A stretch of 59,536 nucleotides of DNA, counting the filler, from Sphacelaria rigidula (lineage: Eukaryota), in assembly GCA_964200075.2 (NCBI GenBank). It is 5 parts of 5 records of this genome, joined end to end, with 100 filler letters (N's around TTAATTAATTAA, not from the genome) between each part and the next. Parts side by side here need not be neighbours in the genome. Positions count along the whole stretch, not along the records: positions 1 to 11,830 come from CAXNAA020004450.1; positions 11,931 to 23,760 come from CAXNAA020004451.1; 3 more parts are not named here. One strand, written 5' to 3'. Each line of letters begins with the position of its first letter. Position 1 is the stretch's first letter. The notes below the pieces were generated by a model. It was not told where the DNA came from, did not search any database, and saw only the letters and a program-made list of their open reading frames with translations. Of the stretch, positions 1 through 13,199 are shown piece by piece. Position numbers and translations under genes: made by a program.

Positions 1-69
1 GTGGTGGGCGGGGGGGGGGGGGGGGGGGGGGGGGGGGCGGGGGGGGGGGGGGGGGGGGGGGGGAGGGGG
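1..69. repeat. Poly-G tract at contig end
   Basis: Read directly. Similar G/C tracts occur at 4561-4705, 47761-47810 and 52851-52982, some next to N10 gaps. Confidence 0.95.
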
Positions 70-949
70 TCACATGTACGGGTCGGCACGGCAATCAACG
101 TAAACGATGTATCGCTTTTCGAAAGGGTGGAGTGCACGCGATATACCCAAATGCGTTCGTTCGTAGAGTGATACGTGTACATATTAATAGTACTGTAGTT
201 TTGTTTCTTCAACCATCATCACACCTTGAGACCGCGGGAGATCTGTCGATCGTCGTCGTCGCATCTCCTTCCCAGATAGAAGCGACAATACCACTGTCGC
301 CGTGTCGTCGTGAGGATTGATGTGTCGTTGTCGTTATTGCCCACGGGAGAGGATCACGTACGGGTGGAGTGAAAACACAGCGTAGTAACCACAAGGTGAA
401 AAAACGAAGCGGGGAGGGCAGCGGAGCGGGGCAAGCTATTGTTAGGTGTAAATACGCAACGACACAAAACACGGCTGACTCGAGAAACAGAGTACGATCG
501 ACCGGAGTAAGACCGAAGTGAAGCAGGGCGAACAAAGCAGAAGAGCCAAACGCAAGAGCAAAACAATACAACTTATACGACACACACGCCACCAGCCGAA
601 CAAGACACACGACCACAAACCGTTGACATTTGCAAAATGTCGCCCAGTACACACAGAGCCTTGTAAGTGCGAGTCCACGACGGTGTTTCAACTTTTCATC
701 GCACTGCGCAGTGTCTCCAACGCGTAGAACAAACAACGGGCACGATGAATTTCATTCAGAACTGTCAGAGCAAAGTATGCCCACAAACATCCCTGGCACT
801 CCTTACTCGGACGCTGGAGCCGAACGTGGACATTGACCTACACGACGCGCCTCCAGGGACATGTAAGTGTACCCTATCAGGTAGCACCGATCAATAGTCA
901 AGACAAAAAATAAGCAATTGCCTGATAAATGCATGTACGGCGACCGCAC

Positions 950-977
950 CTGAAACCATCCGTAGGGGTCGCATGGT
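950..977 (-). CDS. 28-nt micro-exon 4 of the same gene (RPCDPYGWFQ); the gene continues beyond the window's left end
   Basis: CCCAG acceptor and GTGCGG donor. Phase 2 completes the CGA codon from exon 3 and supplies the DPYGWFQ motif. Confidence 0.85.
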
Positions 978-2414
978 CTGGGTGCGGTGGTGAGGAGGCA
1001 TGTAGAAACGCCGACCAAAAATCACATGGTCGACGGAGCGCGGCGTTATACAAAGGGGGTGGGCACGTATCAAGTCATTCTCCAGTGTGCGCGCGTGATG
1101 AAGAATATGCAACAACCGCCCTCACGCTAAACAGAGGAAGCAGCGCTAGAGTAAAGCAGACTCATGCGTATATGTATACCTATTAGTGTCAAGGGCAAAC
1201 GGGTGGAAGGAGGGCTTTTTGCAGGTGCATCGGGAGCACAAGGGGGAAATTTCCTATTCGGGTAAGCAAGTCACACGTTGTCATTCGAAGCCAAAATGGA
1301 AATTAGTGGTACGCCATCGTTGGTATTCGAAAATCGAGCTGTACAGACGGGTGCCCTATATAAGGTATGACACACCCACCCAGTGCAAGATTCATCGTGT
1401 ACGTTACGCAGAGCGTGTACTTTCATTCAGAATGCCCGATATAGAGTACGGGTGTACTTCATACAGGGCGAATCAGTACCACGGTAAGGCTGTGCGGGAA
1501 GCCTGCAAGGTCGTGCGCCGAACTGCGCGCCTTCTGCGTGAGATTTAGACACGCATCGATGTATTGTCCCAGTCGAATGCATGCCTCTCTAATACACCTC
1601 CATATTCTAGCTGCGCTGTCAACATCTAAGTGTTGTTGCCGATGTTTTTTTCCAACGCCGGATCGTTTGTGTTGGTGTAACACTCCGGTACCGCTTGTTT
1701 TCTCTCTATTTCCTCTTTTTTCAGCACGCTTCCGACCCCTCTCATTCCACGGGAAGAGTTCTCCGTGGTCTCAACGGATCCACCAATCTCTCCCTCTGCA
1801 CACACCTTGCAATTTGGTATCACGGATTAGATCATGACCAGCACTCCCGCACCGCGTCGACGCTTGTCACGTAAAGTACTTTTTTACTACTCGAGCTTTC
1901 ACGTATTCAACGACGGAAATCAGATAGTCCTCAGAAAAGGCCGGAACCGCACCTGCCCGGCATCAAACTCGAATATTTCCGATGCCGGTGATGGTTGCAG
2001 TTGTACCATTAGACCCCCGGGGCGCGATGGCTTCTTCATCAATATATATATATATATTTTTTTTTTCCTTCCCCGCGTTTCCTTAGCGACTGCACCGTAA
2101 GTTTACCTTGGGTGTGTTTATCTTGGGAGTGCGATTGGATTCGTGGCAAATCAGTGTATGTGCGACAATCAATCAGATCAAATCAACTCCTGCTACGCAT
2201 TGCATGCTCTGCAGTTCTAGTGCACTCTGTGACGACATGTTTAAAAAATAGCTTGTTTTTTTTCATATCATCAATAAAATATATCACACATGAGTTGCAT
2301 CTCCCTGACCCACGGTGTGCATATGAACGTACATGGCAGCTAGGAGGTTTCAGCGCAGTGCAGACGATAGTACAGCACCATGCCCTATATGGTACTTTTA
2401 GGTGGGCTTTTTTC

Positions 2415-3262
2415 CAGGGCTCTTTACTGTACACGTCACTCGTACGTTTACACATCACAAACGCCACGTCATAACGGTGTAACGTGACGTCACGTCACGT
2501 ATGTTTTTTTAAGACGTCACAAATGTGACGTGACGTGACGCACCGGTGAAAAACATGTGACGTAACGTGACGTATTATTTGTCAAGACGTCACAAACGTG
2601 ACGTGACGTGACAGGTTTTTTTAAACGTCACACCAACGTATTTTGAAACGCTTATTGTGACGGGTAACGTATTTTTCACGTTACACATTTTTATACGTTA
2701 CACATTTGAGACGTTTGAACGAATGTCACGAACGTTTATTGTGACGCCTGAATGAACATCACAAACGTCACACGCTTAACTTGTACCACAATGTGACGTG
2801 ACGTACCGGGAAAAAATTGTAACGTGACGTGACGTTTTTAAACGTCACATCAACGTAGTTTGAAACGTTTTTGTAATGTGTGACGTATTTTATACGTTAC
2901 ACGTTTGTGCCGTCTGAATGAACGTCAGAAACGTTACCGTGAACTTCGTGTACCAAGTTACGCTACCTGAAACGTTACAATGTCGTACGTAGCGCTCATT
3001 TGCCCTCGACACGGTCGAAGTGTTACGTTTGTTTTCACGTTACACGTGACAAACTTCACGTTTTTTTTACGTTACACGTTACAATAAACGTTTCGAAATA
3101 CGTTACTGTGACGTGACGTGACGTATAATTTTGAGACGTCACAATTGTGACGTGACGTGACGTGACGTATTATGTTCAAGACGTCACAAAGTGTGACGCG
3201 ACGTGATGTACAGCTTTTGATACGTCACATTTGTGACGTAACGTGTAACGTAAAGAACCCTG
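2415..3262. mobile_element. Non-autonomous hAT-type DNA transposon (MITE), 848 bp
   Basis: TIR CAGGGCTCTTTAC / GTAAAGAACCCTG (1 mismatch). Perfect 8-bp TSD CTTTTTTC at 2407-2414 and 3263-3270. Interior is an array of GTGAC/ACGT motifs. Confidence 0.9.
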
Positions 3263-3766
3263 CTTTTTTCAGTGTCATTACTTTGTATAGGTGGGTGAAA
3301 TGCTGTATGTGAAGTACGCGTGTACTTCACACTACACATTTTGGTGCACGGGACGAAATGTACCTTATCTGGGGCAGGCATTTTATTCAAATATACCTCA
3401 TATAGGACGTCGCATAGTAACTACATGTCGATAGTTACCGGTATCTACTTACGTCATACAGTGGGACACGATGGGGATTTGGAGTATAGATGGTATGCAC
3501 CAAGGCTACACCCGACAGATGGGGACAGTGTAAAAGCTCCACGTAGACAACGATAGTACGTGCAAGCCTGGATACCCGTTTTTTTTTAGTAAACATTAAA
3601 CATGAACAGGGACGCTACACGTGGGTTGACCACCTGGCCATTCCTTCAGTATTTTACAGCAGCAATCATCACACGGGGGTGAAGTGAATGGCGCTATTTT
3701 GTTTCTCTTCTTCACATGCAATTTATACTATGCTTTGCCATGAAGGCGTCGAGTATTTCGTCTCAC

Positions 3767-3890
3767 CGCATCCAGCCGCTGGACTCCCACATGTGCAGAT
3801 CACCTCCGCACCCAACTCCGTATTTGTTGACGGAATCCAGGTACATTGGGTTAGCCACCTGTCTCTTGATATTTAGTCCCTCAAACCAAT
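3767..3890 (-). CDS. Exon 3 of the same gene (DWFEGLNIKRQVANPMYLDSVNKYGVGCGGDLHMWESSGWM)
   Basis: AAG acceptor and GTGAGA donor, 124 nt, phase 1/2. Not called in the ORF track. Contains the NKYGV.CG..L..WE..GW motif. Confidence 0.9.
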
Positions 3891-4560
3891 CTTGAACAAG
3901 CGAGCGGGCGGGCGATAAACAGCAACGACGACGGCGACGACGACAACGTTAAAAGACATCAATAAAAGCTCGACGTGCGGGGAGCGAAGCGAGGCAAAGG
4001 GCGAAAAAAGTAAAAGCAATGGACGATGTGGGTGACATGAGGATGAAGCTACTTTATCGACACATTCAAGCACTTGATCACGGCCTCCTACTTCAGAGTA
4101 TAACCAATGCTCACATTCATCACAACAGGAGGGAACAAATGGATGCCTGATGCGAAAAAAAGTACAAGGGCGTTGTAACTTCTCCCCTATAGAGCCACAC
4201 ACCACCCCCACCCCCCATCCCCTCCCCCACTAGCATTTTTGGGCAAAATATGGATTTCTCAGTTATTTCCCAGTCAAATACAAACTTGTCACAAAATTCT
4301 TCGACGTTTGCAGATAAAAACTCAGAACAACGACTTTATATGGATGATAGCACAGTAGCCCGCCGTCCCCTTCTTTCGTCGATTTTGTGGTGTCTTGTGG
4401 CTCCTGAGGAAACCTGCCATGAAACGTCTTGACGGAGTTGAGAGATTGGTCTGAACACACCGTGAAATCTGATAATCGTATTTCCACCCGGTTGCACGTG
4501 CAACACCACGTGCACCCTTGGATGATGGCAGATACACAGGATTTTAACCTATGTGTGTGT

Positions 4561-4598
<38 letters not shown>

Positions 4599-6416
4599 GT
4601 TTTTTTTCGGGGAATTTAGGGGGGCGCGGGGGGGGGGGGGAGGGAAGTGAGTGGGGGNNNNNNNNNNGTGGGTGGGGGTGGGTGTGGGGGGGGGTGGGGG
4701 GGGGTCGGTTGGGTGGATGTGTGTGTTTTATTCACGTGAATTCATGGCGCAGCAGTGTGCGATGGTAGGGAATGCATTTGGGCGATTTGCGTGAGCACGG
4801 TGTACATCTAGGCTCTCCACGTTGGTAGGGTATACTATACATCTGGGATTGCGGTGGGGTATATATTTGGGCTGTATTGGTAGGGTCTATATCTCGGATA
4901 GCTGCGTTGGTAGCATGTATGCCTTCTGCATGTATTGTACCGTACTAAAACACTGTACCGTAGTAAAACACTGTAGGCGTTTTTCTACACCCAGGCTATC
5001 TGTGTTGGTGTGATGTAAATCTGGACCACATATGTCGGCAGGGTATACACGTGGGTCGGACGACGTTGGTAGCAAGTAAGCTGTGGTGAGATGGGGGGTG
5101 GGCCAGAAATCTGTGTTTTACGATGTGCAAGATATCATCAGCCGAAGGTGCCCAAAGTGTCGCGTGTGCACTCAGGTGCACAGATACGAGCTGGCCCAGC
5201 CAACAATGGGTGGTTTTATCGCTCAAGCGACGCACGGCGCAATATTAGGAGTTGGACGCTGAATTTTGACAGCAGCTTTTCATGATCGAAATGCAGAAGA
5301 CCACGTGAGCAGTAACAAACTATATATATACGGGGATTTGAAATTTCAGAGAAGACAAGATAACGTCATAAGTCCACGAAAAAATGAGAATCTGCAGCTG
5401 CTCACGCGATGTATCATTTCCTTGGATGCAGAAGGTCTACCTGAAATTTCAGCTCAAGAGCAGTAGCAGAAGGAGCAGGCGAAACAAATCAATCGATCGA
5501 ACAAGTTCTGCATTCAGCGTGAAGCAGAGAGGTTTGTATCCCGTCGTGCAGTGATGAAAATCGGCGGGTACTAAGACACCTGCGTATGATCAAAACGGGC
5601 TCAGAAATACCCGACTATGCAGCAAACGAAGTGCACTTCCTGCTGATTGTATTTCACGTCACACCTTCATCTTATTGACCTGAGAAACGGAACAGCAAGG
5701 AGATGATACAGTTTGTAGCGAACACAACGACCCTTTCAGATGACGCCTGATGTTGGCATACATGTATACATGTCAGATCTGCGAGTGTAGTACTGTACTA
5801 CCGTTAATGGCGCCATGAACATGGGCCCAATATCTATAGACATACAGGACAAACGTCGGTTATGCTTTATAGAAGGTTACGGTGAATAACACTCCTAGAT
5901 GGTGGATGGAGGATGCGGCACTCTTGCTCTCAGTAGAGCTTACGCGAACTGGTCGACAAATTCCATGGTTGAATAAATAACACTTGGGTTCCTCTTTGGG
6001 GGGGGGGGGGGAGTCCCAAGTGCCCACCAGCGTGCGCAGGGCGGGTTTTTTCTCAAATCGGTGCCGCTGCCAACGCACACTTTGTGTAGGACACCGCATA
6101 TATCCTTTGCTTGGGGGTTATTGGTATTCCTTGGGTAGGGATGAGGGTTAGGGTTAGAATTCGGATTGGCGTTATGAAAGGACGAAAACAGAGTACGCTC
6201 AGCCGTGGAATTTGTCCATCAGTCTGCCTGAACATATCGCTTTGCTCTTGGTACACGGCGCAACATCTTTGGCACACAGCCTGTTCGCTCGCTCTTTTGA
6301 TCGGAGGGTACATCCGTCTGGCGACAGATAGCCGAATACAAGGCGCCATGTCTGGGAGTTCCAGCGGCAGCGCACACATGGAAACAGGAACCTGATTCCG
6401 GCGTAGTCTCCATTAC

Positions 6417-6545
6417 CTGAGGGAAACTCCTTCCAGACGTCCTTATACGACATGTTGGTGACGGATGACCTGATAGGACGAAAGTAGGAGCCCCCGAAGG
6501 AACCCATCTGCATCACTTCCTTGGGCGTTAGGTTGGGTCGGAACT
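6417..6545 (-). CDS. Exon 2 of the same gene (KFRPNLTPKEVMQMGSFGGSYFRPIRSSVTNMSYKDVWKEFPS)
   Basis: CAG acceptor and GTAATG donor, phase 1/1. Contains the family motif FRPNLTP.E...GSFGG.YFR. Confidence 0.9.
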
Positions 6546-7479
6546 CTGAGGGACATCCCCCGCCGCCGTCGCCGTTTGATTCGATGTTGTAGAGGGCCAC
6601 AGCAGTAGCAGGGTCGGAACAGGATTGCATATTTTACCCGTTCATGTCCAATGACACACGTACAGGAGGGCAGGGAGAACGCAGGGATGCGCTGGTGAGA
6701 GGGGGAAGGGGCATGGATGTCGAGTTCGGGATAGGTGATTGTATCTATGGGTTTGCGCTCGCGGATGATACCATATCGACGGCTCTGCTGATCCCTGGAT
6801 ACTCACACGAGGAATACTCGAAACAGGGAACAACTTTCCAAGCACCCACAAGGTTCGGTGACAGTACGAGGTACAGTACATGATCTTGTTTCGTGGTGCA
6901 CTCATCTTCATAGTGGCTGTGGAGGAAATTGAGCGATGTAAGAAAAAGCGGGAGTTGTGTCAAGTGGGGTTTCTTCCGATTTGTACGATGTGTATGTTGA
7001 GTGTGTGTAATCACAGAGAGAAAAACATATGAGGGTGGTTCATTTACGACATAGACGTGAAAAAATCGCAGGATGTGGGCGACAGGTGCGAACAGAATCG
7101 ACAAAACGGGCCACGGTAGAGCTAGGGCCCAGCTGGTGTGTCTCTTGTGCGAGCTTGCTTTTTTGGCGGATAAAACAACGCCAGCATGCTCGATATACGC
7201 GGAATTCTTCCGTCACTAGGGGCAATCAATCATCGGGGGAAATAAACAAGATTCAGAGGTGGGATGCGAAAGAGACGAAAACATGAGGGAAAACAAACCA
7301 TCGCCATTCAAGTGGCATTCAATCATTCACATGCGAAGAAATGCCCACGTTTTTTGCTGCTTCCGTCCGCTCAAGAGTTATTCCCATCCGCTATTGGCGG
7401 GGAATTGATTTTTTTAACCAAGCTTCCACACTTCGTTCACATGGAAGCCACTTGGCGAGCAGCGGGAGAAAAAGTTACA

Positions 7480-8960
7480 TGCACATTTGGTGCATTTTCT
7501 TTGCTTTCACATACAATGGCTGGCGATATTTCTTCCCAGCACAGGAAAAATGTGGACTTGAGCACATGTCTGTCAACGTTTCATCTTGGTGGAGAACACG
7601 CAATATTACGATCTTTACCTCTGCACACACACGAGTATCGCCGAAAAATACGGGACAGCGCCCAAGAAAGCTGCCAAGCTCCGGGTGAGTCGGCAGAGGT
7701 ACCTTGTACCCTGAAGTAACCCGCTCATTCAACTCTACCGTCCTCAGGCGCCAATCTTTGTTTTTCACACCCTGCCTTTGCTAACGATGATCTACCCTAT
7801 TCTCCGTTCACCGGTGTGCACATTGCTTTTTCGTGTCGACTTTCTGGACCAAAAAAAACTGTTGCAACGCGTCGGCTTCATTTGCGTGCGAGGAAAAACG
7901 TTCCCTGTGGTGGCCGAATGCAGCCAAACAACATCGACTCTCCAGCAAAACGGACATGCTCTCCGGTACAAGCGCCCGAGGGCACTGCACTCGTACTGCT
8001 GTGCAGCAATACTGCACGATTTCGTGTCCGAAAACACGGAATAACTATTGTGTCGCACTATACCACTGCCTGTAGTACGCGAAGGCGCCGGCCCTGTAAT
8101 CAAGAACCACGAAGATGGGAGGCTAAACCTTGGGGTTTGTTCAAAGCGAAAAGTTGCCCTGGAGGAACGGGGCTCACTAGACGACCGCATGCAGAAAAAA
8201 TGCCTACATTACGTCATGATGAAAACGCAGTTCACCATACCGATGGTTGGCGAGCTATAGGCCTCAATTTGACCCTTCTTGACCCTTCGGGCATGAATCT
8301 GCTTCCCGGGACAAATGCCGCCGGCTGAGGGCGTGTTCATTTCGACAATGGGCCAACGAGGGAAAACGGTGGGATTATCGAGTCCCAGTTTTTCAAATCA
8401 TCGTTTCGCGCCGTTTGAGTCCGAGAAACGTTGTAAGTGCACCACGAGAAAATGCGGTGGATGTCAGCAACCAACGGCTAATAGTACGCCCACCCTCAAA
8501 GTTGTTTTCACTGATGACAAGATACAATGCGGCCGATACAGCGCCGGATAGCTCAGACTGCAGCTCGAGATCAGCTGGGGTACGATGCGCTCGGTTTTGT
8601 GACAAAATGCCACGAACTTAAGCAGCATCGTCTGTTGTCGGGCAAATGCATCATTTAAAACTCTATATGGTCGCAAAAATCGCGACAAAACATTCACGCA
8701 TATGACGAACAGTCGCCCAAGATTCCATGGTTGCCACTGAAAAAAATAAGCCTTGTACCGCAATGGACGGTGGCTACGTCTGAAGGTGTCAGGCATCGAG
8801 CGCCAGTGTCCGAGGTGCCGGCGCATGCGGTCACATGTCGAGCACACGGTTCCAACTGTGGCGCATCGACTTGCATCTGATTGTTACGAGTATGACAGTT
8901 TTTCGCGCTATATTCCGGCTCCAAGAAGTAAAAAAATAATGCACGGCAAGCGCAGACAAG
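7480..8960 (+). mobile_element. Highly degenerate possible DNA-transposon coding remnant (THAP-like and SWIM-like traces)
   Basis: FFPAQEK...W...TSAH near 7530-7630 and QCP(R)GAGACGHMSS..FQL near 8800-8860, read across frameshifts. Weak similarity judged by eye. Confidence 0.25.
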
Positions 8961-10801
8961 AAGAACGAAGTTAAGCAACCAGGAGCATACATGACGTGGA
9001 TCTGCCAGATCGGATCTCCTCCATTTCGCCTCTAAGCTCGCTGGCCAACGAACTTCGTTAGTCACGCTGTATTCGTCGAAGTCGAAGTCAATGACAACCG
9101 ACAGTATTACACATGCATGTTTACGCGTTCGACCCAGACTTCATTCACTTGTGGAAATACCTACCCAACTGTGGCATACATTGTACCATACTAACCGCCC
9201 TGGACACTGAAAAGGCGGACACACCGAGGTTTATGTTGAAGGCTGAAGCGGTGGCGCGGTGGCGCTAAGGACAAGGAGGTACCTCGTTCAATCAGTGCCC
9301 TCCAGATTGTCCTGAACTTGGAAATACGAATTCGCGACACAGTTTGACATAATCTCCACAGGCTCCAGGTCTTAGTAACAGCCATCAGCTCGAGAGTGTA
9401 ACGGGAAAAGAAGATTGGGAAACGGTAGCTACAGTATAGGATCAAAGTATACCCCAAACCGTGAAATCTGGAGATTTGAGGTTTTGACGTCGTAGGATTT
9501 CTGCTCATGACGTATGCACCAAAGACCAACAAAGCCCCGTGATACTTTCCCTTACATCTGTCGTAAAAAAGCAGACCGCCCCCACACTTCGCAGTGCGGT
9601 AGGAATTGGTGCTGTAAATGGAAAATTGTATTGCTGAAAAAAGCAATCATTACAGGCTTGCGGGGGTCCCGGCGTGAACGCCTCCGGAAGCCGGTACAAA
9701 TTTGCCTCAAAATAAGAAATACAAAAGCGCCCCGAGGTAGCCAAGGAACACTCGAAGAAAGTTTCGCTAAGTAACTCGACAAACTGATGCAATGGGTCGT
9801 TTTCATGTTGCAGTACAATGTACCAGAGCCGGTTGTTATACTAAACTCAAGCAGGTGGAAGTTTGTACCTTTTAGGCTCACTTTATCGCACCAAGGCGAA
9901 AAACAACATCCCCTTTTTTGCAGTTACTGTAGACTCTGGCACTTTGCGCGCGTATCTCTGGGTATTCACGAAACACTCGAAGATTGGGTTTATCCGAGTC
10001 TTTCCTTTTCCGCCGGTTATAGAGGGATCCAGGAGGGCATGTGATTCCACAGGTCCCTGCTACCCCCGATAACCAGTGAAAAAACGAGAAAATGTCTAGA
10101 CCACCGCCTCCGAAAGTTTCGCAATGACCCGTGGTACAGTATACTGCATGTGTGCATGTTTTCAGAGTTCAACTCCAAGAAGCAGCGTGAAGTTTCGCGC
10201 ATGAGTGAATTCTGGATAATAAGTGCTGTAGCCGGGCAGCTTCTCTGTTTGGGAGCTCCACGCAACAACATACTCGTACATGCCGCGTACTCGGTGATCC
10301 CCGCAGGTCTCCAGCAGACAGCAGCGTGTGCTGTACTGTAGCTCACGCAATGTTGTTTTACTACTGTCGGTACTGTACCAATTCTACAGTCTCCGGTGAT
10401 TTGACGTCCTCGATTAACGGTTACAGCTCTTTGACCTCATATGTCGCACAATTTTCACTCGAAAATAACAGCAAGATGCAGATTACGCCCTCGCGATTAG
10501 GAGTGACTACAAGTACTCGTAGTAACAAGCGACCGCGTCTGTACAGTACTACTGGGTACGGCTTTGGTCATGGAGAGAACGCAGCCGAGCGATACGATTC
10601 TCGATGTTGTTTCTCTTAGATACAACACGCTGTTGCCAGGTTTTATCAAAAGGTTCCGGTTGGCTCTGCCCAAACAAGGTAGAAAACCGCCGCAGTCGTG
10701 GAGCAAATCCAGACTGAGAAATCATCGAGCACGAAGCGGGGGTGTTAAACCCCGTATCGTGAAGGGTCAGCTGCGTCAGCTGAATGGATTGGTATACATA
10801 C

Positions 10802-11120
10802 TTGGATGATCTGGAAACACCAGTTGACCTTGCTTGTTTCTCTTGGGGATTTCAGCCTCCACACCAGTCTTCGCTCCACTCGATCCAGCTCCATCACAGC
10901 TACCGCTGACCTGCTCAGTTGCAGATTTGGCTTCGGATTTGGCTTTGGCCTTGGATTTGGATACGGCGGTTGTCGGTTTTGGTGTCTTCGTGATGGACCC
11001 GGACGACTGGGCGAGGGTTGAAGAGGCTTCTCCCTTCGCTGTTGCTTGTCTCTTGTTACTTCCACTGTTTTTTTTTTTTCCGTCAATGGAATTGTCGGTA
11101 GCTTTTCTCTTGGGAGGCAT
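10802..11120 (-). CDS. Exon 1 of a conserved uncharacterised protein (FRPNL/GSFGG/DPYGWFQ family); Lys/Ser-rich N-terminal tail
   Basis: ATG at 11120 gives MPPKRKATD...KRNKQGQLVFPDHP. GT donor at 10801. Its phase 1 joins exon 2 to give DHPKFRPNL. Confidence 0.85.
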
Positions 11121-11830
11121 AGTGCCCAAGAGAATCAACAATCAACTGCTGAGGTTGATTCAAATATCTGTCGTTTGGCGGAGTGGAGCGTCGGACATTA
11201 CGTCTTGCGCCGATCGTTCAGACCCGCGGTACGAGGAACTTCGAAAGTGCCAGTAGACTATGTACGAGTGGTACAAAATGGTTCAACGTGACGAACGGTA
11301 ACCACGTACTTCTAGCCCATGAACTCGAAAAGTCCCTTCTTAAATAATGCATGTCAAGGAATCACTTGTCGTCTCGTTCTCTAGGTATACGACTGCTCCT
11401 GCGAAGAAGATTTTGAAACTCTTGTGTGGTCAGGAAATAATTCCCCCGGGAGGCCAGACGTCAGAGATGGGTATACATCCCTGTATTTTGTATAATACGT
11501 CGTGGCAGATGGACGGATTAAAGAGGTAACGTTGTTGGCTCAACCGTATGCTGCGTGGATCTTCCAAATATTTCACGATAACTGATATTCTAGGCAGTCG
11601 GCGCTGACCATTTAGAACAGTGTTTTCGGTGAAATCTCGAATCTTCGAGTGATGCCGCAGACCCCCCCCCCCCCCGTCGATATTGGTTGGCCACCCATGA
11701 GTCAGTGAAAAAGTCGTGGCTGTCTCTGGAAGTGGCGAAACCACAGAATAAATCAACTCATTGTAGGCTGTCATCCAAATGCAAGATTATCAGTAGGTTT
11801 CTGACCGAACAATCTTGGCAGGATGCAGCT

Positions 11831-11930
11831 NNNNNNNNNNNNNNNNNNNNNNNNNNNNNNNNNNNNNNNNNNNNTTAATTAATTAANNNNNNNNNNNNNN
11901 NNNNNNNNNNNNNNNNNNNNNNNNNNNNNN
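11831..11930. other. Artificial contig spacer (N44-TTAATTAATTAA-N44)
   Basis: Identical spacers occur at 23761-23860, 35688-35787 and 47613-47712. Confidence 0.98.
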
Positions 11931-12004
11931 GGCTGATGCACCCACATACACCGAAAGGTGTAGACTGGTGCCCAGAATAAATGGGACGACAACACAACAC
12001 AACA
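11931..12004 (-). repeat. Interspersed repeat family B (partial copy)
   Basis: Reverse complement of 57997-58075 (TGTTG.CGTCCCAT.TATT.TGG...GTCTACACCTTTCGGT). Confidence 0.85.
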
Positions 12005-12689
12005 TGATCAGTCTCGCAGGCAAATGTGAAGAATTTGTTTTTTAATGTTTACCTGTTTATTGCGCTGCGCGGGGCCGAAAAACTGTGTTCTTTGGACCAG
12101 TGAGGGCCGATAACACCCCCTGGTAATCGAGGTACATGCAGTACCCCGTGTCACCCCGACAACACCAGTTGAGGGTTGTGTCCAGAGCACGACCTGCTTG
12201 TTTTCCCAATATTTTTTAAAGCGAGAACATTCGAATGCTGAAGAAGAATATATACGAGAAATTCAGAAAAATACACAACTACGAAAACTGCCCAACCGAG
12301 CTCTGCATAGCACAGGGTGTGTGTATGTGTGTGTGTGCGTGGAGGAGGGGGGGAAGGTGAACCAATCCTGATTACTCTCGTGAATAATTTTCCAGGCTTG
12401 TAGTTTTTTCTTTCTACCTCTATACTGCGTAAAAGCCGAAAACAAATGTGCTTGAACCAAAAACGACCAATAACACCCCCTGTAAAGTCAGCCCGTAAGT
12501 CGTTCAACATCGAGAGCAGCAGGAGTCATTCTTGTTTCGGAATGTAAAGCAGTCTCCTTGCATCTCCCGATCCCCAAACTTCGCGATCAAACGATCACTG
12601 GGATGAGCGGTGTCACGCGGAAAAATAACAAAAATACAATGGAAACCAAAGCTACTATAGCCCGTTAAGCAGAGTTTGCTTCGGGCAGG

Positions 12690-13150
12690 GAGACAACTGC
12701 GGTGTAGCTAGCAGCAGCCTTGAGCACACACACGTGCGATGCGTGGCAACGTCTGGAACGTCAATTGCGCGTCAACAATTTTCACAATTTGGGGGCGTTG
12801 GAATTGCGCCTGGGATTTGGTCTCTAGCCGCATTGCTTAGACCAATACACGAATGCACTAGCTACAGTTGCTACGGTAGCCGTTAGAAGCCTGCGAGTCA
12901 GACGTGTAGCATCGATATCTGGAACGCACATTGCAGGTCGAGTATTTTCACAATCCCCGGATGTTGGAATCGCGCAAAGGATTTGGTCTCGAGACACGTT
13001 TACTTTGACCAAGACACGACTGCATTAGCCACAGTAGCTGCGGTACATGCGTTAGAAGCCTGCGAGCACGACATGTAGCAGGAGATCTGGACAGCACGAT
13101 ATTCGGCTGTCGAGCACTTTTGGTCTCGGGGTGATGGAATTGCGCCTCAG
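12690..13150 (+). repeat. Diverged ~167-bp tandem repeat (~2.7 units) upstream of Copia gag
   Basis: GGAATTGCGC, GGATTTGGTCTC, CGTTAGAAGCCTGCGAG and TCTGGA motifs recur about 167 bp apart. Confidence 0.75.
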
Positions 13151-13199
13151 ATCTTGCCTGGTACGTCAACAGGTCTACAGTTGAAGTAGCTGCCCCAAC

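Noticed and set aside
6135-6160. TTAGGG telomere-like words
   Set aside because: Only about two units, internal to an intron; not a telomere.
11875-11886. TTAATTAATTAA palindrome recurring about every 11.9 kb
   Set aside because: It is an artificial spacer embedded in Ns.
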